A model generated the notes under the pieces. The model worked only from the letters and a program-made list of their open reading frames with translations, ran no database searches and was not told where the DNA came from. From Thermoflexus hugenholtzii JAD2 (GTDB lineage Bacteria > Chloroflexota > UBA11872 > UBA12225), in the NCBI GenBank assembly GCA_945907765.1, contig CAMDTO010000005.1:1-54339 (forward strand): a stretch of 54,339 bases of DNA, given 5' to 3'. Below, in pieces: positions 46,648 to 54,339 of this stretch. The stretch's first letter is position 1; the number at the start of each line of letters is the position of its first letter. The position numbers were made by a program, and so were the translations under genes.

Positions 46648-47976
46648 TCACACGTCCCTTGTGACGGGGATCGGTGTCTTCATCTGGCGGATCATCAGGA
46701 AGCCTACTCCGGCGGTCGCCGCATATGCGATGATCGCGATTCCGTTCACTGGGCCGTACCCGTAGGCGCCGGCAATCACGCCTCCGATCAGGGGCGAGGC
46801 AACGGCGAAGGGAACGGTCAGGGTGCTGTAGGCCGCGACGTATCGAGCGCGGGAACGTCCGGCTCGTTCAGCGAGTGCGAGAGGCAGGGCGGTGTCCGCC
46901 ATGCCGAGTGCCGAACCCGCAAGCCCGACGAAGGCAAAGGTGCCAAGAAGCCATAGGACGTCCGGTGCGAAGATTGCCGATAGGGCCGCACTTGCGCCGA
47001 GGAACGCACCAATCGGGATGAGCACGGTATGGCGGAACCGTCCGGCGACCTCACCCCACAGGAGGGTTCCGATGAGGCTGCTTGCAAGCATGACGGCGCC
47101 GAAGGTTGCGCCATCCGCGTCAGTTGCGCCGAGGCGTCGGACGGCGGAGACGGCGTAGTACGCGGGTGCCATGCTGGCAAGTGCTGCGAGCGATCGACCA
47201 ACGAGCAGAAGACGGAATGTCGCGTCGCTGGAGATGACTTGGGCGAGGTCGCGCCACCATGTCGGATGCGAGACCACGTCGCCGACGCTTTCCGCTTCGC
47301 CTTCGCCCGCCCACGCGGGATCATCTGGCTCTGGCTCCCTGACTTGGGCAAAGACGACAAGCACGAAGGACACGAAGAAGGTCCCTGTCGCGAAGCAGGC
47401 GACGAAGCCCCAGGGGAACGGAAGGTTTGCAAGAAGCCATCGTGCACCGAATGCACTTGCCACCCCGCCAATCGCGCCACTGGCCTGTTGGAGCGCGAAG
47501 TAGCGCGCGCGCCGGCGTGGTGGGACAACCGCGCCGACAATATCGAAATAGGCGGGCAGGACGATTCCCTCACTGAGCCGAAACAACCCCAGTCCGATCA
47601 GGAGCGACGCGAGCACCAGGCCGGGCGCCGTATCACCGTAGATGGCGGTGGCGACAATCGGCGCGAGCATCGGGATGCGTCCAATCCCAGCGGCGATGAG
47701 CACGAACCGTTTTCTACCTCCGCGGCGCGCGGCGCGTGCCGCCCATCGTGCCCCGAGAATTTGCGGGAGTGCGAGGCCGACAAAGTCGATGGCCGGTACC
47801 GCGCCAGCTAGCAGGTCAATTGGGGTGAGCCGTGCAACGAAGACCGGAAGGATTGACGATGGTGAGATGAACGTGAACCCAAAGGCGAACACGAACCCAT
47901 CAATGACCAGCCACCAGAAATTCCATGACGCATGCCTGATGTCGGGCAGGCGCTTTGGGCTTGATTGGTCGCTCAA
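46648..47976 (-). CDS. MFS transporter (third of three tandem paralogs)
   Basis: WLVIDGFVFAFGFTFISPSSILPVFVARLT, ALPQILGA, about 12 TM helices; TTGA overlap with the upstream stop. Confidence 0.9.
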   Translation of the reverse strand: MSDQSSPKRLPDIRHASWNFWWLVIDGFVFAFGFTFISPSSILPVFVARLTPIDLLAGAVPAIDFVGLALPQILGARWAARAARRGGRKRFVLIAAGIGRIPMLAPIVATAIYGDTAPGLVLASLLIGLGLFRLSEGIVLPAYFDIVGAVVPPRRRARYFALQQASGAIGGVASAFGARWLLANLPFPWGFVACFATGTFFVSFVLVVFAQVREPEPDDPAWAGEGEAESVGDVVSHPTWWRDLAQVISSDATFRLLLVGRSLAALASMAPAYYAVSAVRRLGATDADGATFGAVMLASSLIGTLLWGEVAGRFRHTVLIPIGAFLGASAALSAIFAPDVLWLLGTFAFVGLAGSALGMADTALPLALAERAGRSRARYVAAYSTLTVPFAVASPLIGGVIAGAYGYGPVNGIAIIAYAATAGVGFLMIRQMKTPIPVTRDV

Positions 47977-49442
47977 TTCCGCACCGCGGGACCGAACCTA
48001 GCCGAGACACCCGGGCGCGACCGCGGGCCAAGCATGCGCACCACGGTCGCGCCACTTGCAGCGGCAAGACAGTACGCGACGAACGACACGCCGTTGACCG
48101 CATCGAACCCCGAGATCGCTGAGATAGCACCTCCGACTACCGGCGCGGCAATTGAGAACGGAATGATGACCGTGTTGTAGGACGCGACGTACATCCCGCG
48201 TGATGCCTCGGCCCGTTCGGCCAGTTGCATCGGAAGGGACATGTCACACATGATCTGGGCACTTGTGCCGAAACCCATTGCCACAAAGACTGGATACATG
48301 CTTGTGATCGAGGTTGCGGATGTGGCAACCAAGGCGCCAAGTGCGCCGATGATTGTTCCGCCAACGAGGAACCATGGTCTTCGTGACCTCGCGACAATCT
48401 CGCCCCACATGAGCGTGCCGACGAGTTGCGAACCAAGTGCGATCAGACCGAACGTCGCAGCGTCCATGTCACTTGCCGCCAGGCGACGGACGGCGCTGAC
48501 GGCGTAGTAGGCCGGCGCCATTCCCGCAATCCCGATCAGGGCACGCGTCAGGACGAGGCGCTGGAAGCTGCCATCCGTGCGCCAGATTGCGACCACTGAT
48601 TGGTGCCAGGAGGGGCGGTCTGAGTTGTCGTGGCGGGTGGGCGGGACACCTGCAGGGGCCGCCGGTCCGGACACGCCATCCGGGCGTGGTTCGCGGACCT
48701 GAAGGAATACACCGGTGACTGCGACCACCAGTGTCAGTCCGACTGAGAATGACGCCACGAAGTTCCAGGGAAACGGAAGTGCCCCGAGGACCCACCGCGC
48801 ACCGAAGGCACTCACGATGCTCCCGACGGCGGTTGCTGCCTGTTGCCAAGAGAAGTACCGAGGGCGAAGTCGCGGATGGATGACCAGTCCGATGAGGTCG
48901 AAGTACGCAGGGACCCCGGCACCTTCGGCGAGACGGAACAGGAAGAACGCGAGCATCACGGTTGCGACAAGGATCGACGGGTGCGAATCACCCAGGACGG
49001 CAATGGTGACGATGGTGAGTGCGATCGGAATGCGTCCACTGAGGTTCGTGTACGCCTTGAGCCACTTTCGCCGGCCCTTCTGAGCGAACCTGTCCGCCCA
49101 TTTGGCGCCGATGAACTGCGGAATCGCAATGGCTATCTGGTCGAGGGCAGTGAAAGATCCTGCGAACAAATCAACGGGTGTGAGCCTCGCGATGAAAACC
49201 GGCAGGATCGAGATAGGCGACAGGAAGTTGTAGCCAAGCGCGAAAAAGAACCCGTCCAGCACCAGTACCAGAATGTTCCGACGGGCATCAGGTACGGACC
49301 ATGGGTCGTCGTCTCGAGCTTGGGGGATTGGCCGGGTCGTTGCGTCGGGAGGCCGCCTCATTTGGCGTTGTCCGGTTCCAGGGCGTTGCCGCTCCTTGAC
49401 GGCGCACTCGGGCTGCCGAGTGGCAACTCGTTTGGGTTCCAA
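47973..49442 (-). CDS. MFS transporter (second of three tandem paralogs)
   Basis: LVLDGFFFALGYNFLSPISILPVFIARLT, IPQFIGA; start could be TTG 49442 or a downstream ATG. Confidence 0.9.
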   Translation of the reverse strand: MEPKRVATRQPECAVKERQRPGTGQRQMRRPPDATTRPIPQARDDDPWSVPDARRNILVLVLDGFFFALGYNFLSPISILPVFIARLTPVDLFAGSFTALDQIAIAIPQFIGAKWADRFAQKGRRKWLKAYTNLSGRIPIALTIVTIAVLGDSHPSILVATVMLAFFLFRLAEGAGVPAYFDLIGLVIHPRLRPRYFSWQQAATAVGSIVSAFGARWVLGALPFPWNFVASFSVGLTLVVAVTGVFLQVREPRPDGVSGPAAPAGVPPTRHDNSDRPSWHQSVVAIWRTDGSFQRLVLTRALIGIAGMAPAYYAVSAVRRLAASDMDAATFGLIALGSQLVGTLMWGEIVARSRRPWFLVGGTIIGALGALVATSATSITSMYPVFVAMGFGTSAQIMCDMSLPMQLAERAEASRGMYVASYNTVIIPFSIAAPVVGGAISAISGFDAVNGVSFVAYCLAAASGATVVRMLGPRSRPGVSARFGPAVRN

Positions 49443-49443
49443 C

Positions 49444-50823
49444 TCACGACGGTGTCCGAGACGGGATCGCTGGCGTTGTCGATGAGGCCGTCACAGTGGC
49501 AATGGCTGCGAGGACGGCAAGTGCTGTGGCAATGACGTACGTCGTTCCATACCCACCCGCGTCGGCAAGCGCGCCTCCGAGCAATGGAGCGATGAGGTTT
49601 ATTGGCGAGACGGCGGTGTTTGCCACGGCCACGTAGAGCGATCGGTCCTGCCTTGACGCCTCGGCAAACGAAAGAGGCAGGGCACCGTCGCTGACGACGA
49701 TCGCTCCCATCGACGCGCCGGCAAGCGCGAAGACGATCATGATCACGCTGGCGGACGGGGCCATGAATGCGAGCAACGAGGCCAATCCGGCGAGCACAGT
49801 TCCGGCGAGCAAGACATTCATGAGCTTCAACCGATTGGCGATTGCACCCCAGCCAAGAGTCGAGATCGTCTGGCTGGCAAGCAGGATTGCTGAATAGATG
49901 GCCACGTCGCCGTCGGTCGCGCCAAGTTCCCTGGTTGCCTGCACGGCAAAAAAGGCGCTTGCAAGTCCGGTGAGCGCAACCAGGCACCGTGCGATCAGGT
50001 AACGACGGAAGGTTCGGTCGCTTGACCAGACATTCCTCGCCTGGACAAGCACACTTGGTTGCGACGCCGAATCCGACTTCACGATCGGCGGTTCGCGGAC
50101 GACCGACATCCAGATGATCGCCGTCGTGATGATGACGGTCCCAAGGCCGAAGCAAAGCACAAAGCCGATGGGGAACGGGAAGGAATCGAGCAGAGATCGT
50201 CCGCCAACGAGGGCGAGTGCTCCGATACCGCCGCCGAGAAACTGGCTCAAGCCAATGAACCGGCTCCGCTGGCGCGGGTGGATGGTGGCGCCAACAAGGT
50301 CATAGTAGACCGGTGTGTTCATCCCACTTGTTGCGCGGAACAGTGCGAGGCACACGAAGAAGGCGAGCAGGGTCAGTTGCGGGTGGGTGGTTGCGAACGC
50401 CCAGATGATCGCGATCATGACAATCAGTGGGACCCGGCCGAGAAGGGCAGTGACGATGATGTAGCGCTTGCGAGAGGTGATGCCCGACATTGCGCGCGCA
50501 CCAAGCAACTGTGGCAACGCCCATGACAGGGCCATGACGGCCGGGACCGCGCCAGCGACGACGTTACTTGAGGACAGGTGGCTCACGAAGAGGGGCAGGA
50601 TGGTTGTCGGTGAAAAGTAGCTCAAGCCAAGCCAGAAGGTGAGCCCATCGAAAGTCAGGATCGTGAAGTTGTAGCGCGCGTTCTCCAGTGGTGCCTCGGC
50701 ATGTCCCACGGATGTGCGTTCACTTGCTTCCGACCCGAGCTCGCCCGAGGCAGCGTTGCCGCTCGTGTTGGGCGCGTGAAGGGCGGTCGATGGCGCTCCG
50801 GGTGTCTTGCTCTTTTCGATCAC
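49444..50823 (-). CDS. MFS transporter (first of three tandem paralogs)
   Basis: ILTFDGLTFWLGLSYFSPTTILPLFVSHLS, ALPQLLGA; GTG 50823 overlaps the amidase TGA. Confidence 0.9.
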   Translation of the reverse strand: MIEKSKTPGAPSTALHAPNTSGNAASGELGSEASERTSVGHAEAPLENARYNFTILTFDGLTFWLGLSYFSPTTILPLFVSHLSSSNVVAGAVPAVMALSWALPQLLGARAMSGITSRKRYIIVTALLGRVPLIVMIAIIWAFATTHPQLTLLAFFVCLALFRATSGMNTPVYYDLVGATIHPRQRSRFIGLSQFLGGGIGALALVGGRSLLDSFPFPIGFVLCFGLGTVIITTAIIWMSVVREPPIVKSDSASQPSVLVQARNVWSSDRTFRRYLIARCLVALTGLASAFFAVQATRELGATDGDVAIYSAILLASQTISTLGWGAIANRLKLMNVLLAGTVLAGLASLLAFMAPSASVIMIVFALAGASMGAIVVSDGALPLSFAEASRQDRSLYVAVANTAVSPINLIAPLLGGALADAGGYGTTYVIATALAVLAAIATVTASSTTPAIPSRTPS

Positions 50824-52187
50824 GCCTCGCCTCGGCGGTCGCCTCGTTGACCCATACCGGCAAGGTTGGGCCGTCCTGGCCCATCGATCCGTGCCTCGAC
50901 CCATCGTGCTGCGCGGATCAGTCGCGCGTCGGCGCCGTGTGCCCCCACAAGCTGAATTGCAAGGGGAAGGCCGTCACGACCGAGCGTTGCCGGCAGTGCC
51001 AACGCTGGCGCACCTACCGATTGCCAGCGGGTGGCACATCGTGGATCTCCGGTTGTCTCCCGGGTCGGCGCCTCACCAAGGGCGGCGGGGGCAATGATCG
51101 CGTCAAAGGGTCTCATCCACGTTGCGAAGGACGCAATCGCCGCTAGTCGCGTCCGGTGGGCGGCCTCATACGTCGCGTGATCCGTGGCGCTGCCTTCATC
51201 AAGGAAGGCTTTCAGGGTAGGGCTCAGGACCGGATCGTGGCTTGCCCTGATGCTTGCGAGAGCGTACGCACCCTCACGGGACATGATGGTGCGGTGAGCG
51301 GGCGCGAGTCCATCAACCTCTTTCGGCACGTCGATTTCCCGGACCTCTGCACCAGCCAGTGCCAGCACGGTCCCAACGTTCTGGAAGAGTTCGTGCGTAC
51401 TGGCATCCAGACGGTCCCAGTCGGAGGTCCGTGCGATCCCGATCCGAGGCTTCCAGTCCAGATCCAAGTCCGGAAATCGGAGCCAAGCGTCGAGCGGTTC
51501 ATTTGCCCAGATTGATGCGAGCACGGCCGCCCCGGCAACGTCGGTGGCAAAGACGCCCCCCTGGTCGTTCGTCGGACTGAATGGCAGGGCGCCCACCATT
51601 GAGAGGCGACCCCATGAAGGTTTGAATCCGACAACTCCGCAGAATGCAGCGGGACGGATCACCGACCCGTTTGTCTGCGTCCCGATGGCGCCTGGGACGA
51701 GACCGCAAGCGACCGCGGCTGCCGACCCCATTGAAGAGCCGCCTGGTGTCCGGCCCGGGTTCCAAGGGTTGACGGTAGGCCCTGGGTGGAAGTAGGCGAG
51801 CTCCGCAGTGACCGTCTTGCCCAGGACGTACCCGCCGGCGTGTTGCAGGGAAAGGACGGCTTCGGCTGACGCATCCGGGAGATGTCCGGCGAATGCTGCG
51901 GTGCCGTACTCGGTAACCATCCCGGCAGTATCGAACACGTCCTTGATGCCAACGGGTATCCCCTCAAGGACCCCGCGCGCCTGACCGTTGCGTAGCCTCC
52001 GGTCGCCTTCGTCGGCGTGCTTGAAGGCGGCTCGCCGGTCAATCCGGGCAAAGGCCTGCAAGGTGGGTTCGATGCGATCGAAGCGTTCGAGGAGTTCCAC
52101 CAACAGCGCGTGCGCCGTGATCGCGCCGGTCGACAGCGCATGCACCAAGGAAATCAAGGGAAGGTCCAACGGAGAGGTCGCGGTCAT
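50820..52187 (-). CDS. Amidase signature family enzyme
   Basis: GIPVGIKD (Lys), TPGGSSMGSAAAV, GTQTNGSVIRPAAFCGVVGFKP; start trimmed to MTATS at 52187. Confidence 0.93.
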   Translation of the reverse strand: MTATSPLDLPLISLVHALSTGAITAHALLVELLERFDRIEPTLQAFARIDRRAAFKHADEGDRRLRNGQARGVLEGIPVGIKDVFDTAGMVTEYGTAAFAGHLPDASAEAVLSLQHAGGYVLGKTVTAELAYFHPGPTVNPWNPGRTPGGSSMGSAAAVACGLVPGAIGTQTNGSVIRPAAFCGVVGFKPSWGRLSMVGALPFSPTNDQGGVFATDVAGAAVLASIWANEPLDAWLRFPDLDLDWKPRIGIARTSDWDRLDASTHELFQNVGTVLALAGAEVREIDVPKEVDGLAPAHRTIMSREGAYALASIRASHDPVLSPTLKAFLDEGSATDHATYEAAHRTRLAAIASFATWMRPFDAIIAPAALGEAPTRETTGDPRCATRWQSVGAPALALPATLGRDGLPLAIQLVGAHGADARLIRAARWVEARIDGPGRPNLAGMGQRGDRRGEA

Positions 52188-52347
52188 TGCAATTGGCCCT
52201 GTAGCCGGTGCGGACAGTGTTGAAGGTGGATTGTGCCCGGTTGCGTGCCGGTGCCGCACGGTTCCAGAAGAACGGGCTGTTGATAGACTGCAAAAATAGC
52301 CATTGCCGATGCCGGACCCGTTCCGACGCATCATTCAGGGAGACAGG

Positions 52348-53313
52348 ATGCCAGTTGATCCCGCAGAACAGGTGCGTCTCGGTCGGTCCTTGGTCACCGT
52401 TTCGAAGCTTTCGCTTGGAGGCGGGCCATTCGGACGGGTTCTGGAACCTGACCGTGAGGAAACTGTTGAGGCGATCATCCATCGTGCATGGGAGATCGGC
52501 GTCCGGCACTTCGATACCGCACCCCTGTATGGCCTTGGGCTATCAGAGCGCCGCGTAGGCAGGGCGCTTTCCGCATTCAAGCCCGAGGACCGTGTGATCG
52601 CGACGAAAGTCGGGCGCCTGCTTCGCCCCCCATCCGGACCCGACACGCAGACCGTGTTCGACTACTCGTTTGACGCCATCATGAAGTCCCTCGATGAGAG
52701 TTTGGCGCGGATGCGGGTTGTCAAGGTTGACATCCTCCACTTGCACGACCCGGATGATCACTGGGAACAGGCGAGCGGCGATGGGTACATGGCGCTGGAT
52801 GTGTTGCGGACGTCCGGGGTTGTCAAGGCAATCGGTGCGGGCATGAACCAGGCGGAGATGCTTTCGCGGTTCGCGCGCGAGACACACTTGGATTGCTTTC
52901 TGGTAGCAGGCCGATACACACTCCTGGATCAAAGCGCGCTTGCCGAACTGATGCCGCTGTGTTCCGAGCGGGAGATTGGGGTGATCATCGGAGGCGTCTA
53001 CAACAGCGGGATCCTTGCCGGGCCAATTGAGGGAGCCCATTTCAATTACCGCCCCGCGACGGCAGAGTGGTTGGCAAAGGCGAAGCGGCTGGAGGCCATG
53101 TGCGCCCGCCATGAGACGCCCCTCAAGGCAGCTGCGATTCAGTTCCCGTTTGCCCATCCTGCGGTGGCCACCGTTTTGTGTGGTGTCTGGTCGGTCGCTG
53201 AACTTGACGAAAACGCCCGGATGATGGCTTTTGATATTCCGGCTGCATTGTGGCGGGCAATCCGCACCGAGGGCCTTGTTCCCGAGACGTGCCCTTTGCC
53301 GGGTGGTCACTGA
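52348..53313 (+). CDS. Aldo/keto reductase (D-threo-aldose 1-dehydrogenase-like)
   Basis: RHFDTAPLYGLGLSERRVG, ATKVGRLL, FDYSFDA, LHLHDPD, AGRYTLLDQ, GGVYNSGIL. Confidence 0.93.
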   Translation: MPVDPAEQVRLGRSLVTVSKLSLGGGPFGRVLEPDREETVEAIIHRAWEIGVRHFDTAPLYGLGLSERRVGRALSAFKPEDRVIATKVGRLLRPPSGPDTQTVFDYSFDAIMKSLDESLARMRVVKVDILHLHDPDDHWEQASGDGYMALDVLRTSGVVKAIGAGMNQAEMLSRFARETHLDCFLVAGRYTLLDQSALAELMPLCSEREIGVIIGGVYNSGILAGPIEGAHFNYRPATAEWLAKAKRLEAMCARHETPLKAAAIQFPFAHPAVATVLCGVWSVAELDENARMMAFDIPAALWRAIRTEGLVPETCPLPGGH

Positions 53314-53380
53314 ATCCTCAAAAGACCCATGCGGAGGCGGAGAGCGCGCGCGTCGCTTGGGAGTTTTGCGGGGATGGGGC

Positions 53381-54339
53381 TTAGGCGATGATCGTCCGTC
53401 CGCGTCCGTATGGGGGAGGGTGGTCCATGCCCAAGTGATCGGATGACGGTTCCGGGGACACCGGAACCGGAACCTGAGGCAAGTCGTCGACGAACCTGCG
53501 GGACCAAAGGCGTTCGTACAAGCCGTGCATCGCGATCAATTGCTGGTGGGTTCCAAGTTCGACACACTTGCCGTTTTCCAGGACAACAATCTGATCAGCG
53601 TTCTCGATGGTCGTCAGGCGATGGGCAACGACTAAGGTAGTTCGCCCCTTCATGAGCCGATCGAGTGCGTCCTGGACGAGGTACTCAGACTCGTTGTCGA
53701 GTGACGCCGTCGCTTCGTCGAGAAGCAGGATGCGCGGATTGCGGAGGATGGCACGGGCGATCGCGACCCGTTGGCGTTGTCCGGCGGAAAGTTGCACACC
53801 GCGCTCACCCACTTCGGTTTCGTAGCCCTGCGGCAGGGCTGAAATGAAGTCATGAGCGTTTGCGGCACGCGAGGCAGCCTCAATTTCCTGCTGCGTTGCT
53901 TCCAAGTTGCCGTAGCGAATGTTCCCGGCCACGGTCGTTGCAAACAGCACCGGTTCCTGCGGGACGAGCGCCATGGCATCCCGGACCGATGCCTGCGTGG
54001 CGTGCCGGACATCGCACCCGTCGATCAGGACCGATCCGCCGGTCACGTCGTAGAGACGCAAGATCAGACCGATGGTCGTGGTCTTGCCCGCGCCTGAAGG
54101 CCCGACAATCGCGCAAGACTGGCCAGGCGCGACCGTGAAATCGAGACCGTGCAAGACAGGGCGATCAGGTGCGTATGCGAACTCGACGGAGCGGAATTCC
54201 ACGCTGCCGGTGCCTGCGGGAAGTGCAATCGCGTCGGGTGCGTCAGTCACCGCCGCTGGCTCATCCAGAAGGGCAAAGATGCGCTGGGCGGCCCCGAGGG
54301 CTTGCTGAAGCTGGGTATAGAGGCGGGTCAGGACGCCGA
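53381..54339 (-). CDS. ABC transporter permease/ATPase fusion (MsbA-like exporter), C-terminal part only; 5' end lies beyond the window
   Basis: Walker A GPSGAGKT, VPQEP, LSAGQRQR, ILLLDEATASLD, VAHRL; frame open to the window edge. Confidence 0.93.
   Translation of the reverse strand, partial: GVLTRLYTQLQQALGAAQRIFALLDEPAAVTDAPDAIALPAGTGSVEFRSVEFAYAPDRPVLHGLDFTVAPGQSCAIVGPSGAGKTTTIGLILRLYDVTGGSVLIDGCDVRHATQASVRDAMALVPQEPVLFATTVAGNIRYGNLEATQQEIEAASRAANAHDFISALPQGYETEVGERGVQLSAGQRQRVAIARAILRNPRILLLDEATASLDNESEYLVQDALDRLMKGRTTLVVAHRLTTIENADQIVVLENGKCVELGTHQQLIAMHGLYERLWSRRFVDDLPQVPVPVSPEPSSDHLGMDHPPPYGRGRTIIA

Noticed and set aside
50820-52187. gatA assignment for the amidase
   Set aside because: No gatC or gatB nearby, and the motif is GTQTNGS rather than the GatA GSDTGGS
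1-54339. CRISPR arrays, tRNA/rRNA genes, IS elements, integrases, prophage genes
   Set aside because: No regularly spaced direct repeats, cloverleaf or rRNA signatures, transposase or phage motifs seen by eye; a tRNAscan/Rfam run would be the decisive check

Overview
GC-rich bacterial chromosomal segment, probably Chloroflexota. This is an inference from the style of DnaN, the C39-like/TPR peptidase, the SH3b-tailed membrane protein and the Pro/Ala/Thr-linker Tat lipoproteins. It holds about 45 genes. These include a dnaA-dnaN pair with an unusually long, divergent DnaA and no DnaA-box cluster visible by eye, a PcrA/UvrD helicase, RluA, YbaK/EbsC, many catabolic enzymes (four aldo/keto reductases, two NAD-dependent epimerases, SDR, MDR, Gfo/Idh/MocA, PhyH, amidase, amidohydrolase, S9 peptidase) and transporters. 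I saw no rRNA, tRNA, CRISPR array, transposase or integrase. Four loci deserve follow-up. (1) A TetR-centred divergent locus joins an NMT1/THI5-type ABC importer to an exported rhodanese, a YdjZ-like DedA/TVP38 protein and an LPG-synthase-like membrane protein, echoing the uncharacterised E. coli ydjXYZ-ynjABCDEF cluster. (2) A RelE-like-domain/SF1-helicase fusion frame is broken by two in-frame TAGs and a G5 frameshift. (3) A tightly coupled amidase-MFS-MFS-MFS operon ends in a DUF2268-like frame with one in-frame UGA, a downstream hairpin and no HExxH motif. (4) The atypical dnaA/oriC context. All family assignments come from motif recognition by eye; no searches were run.
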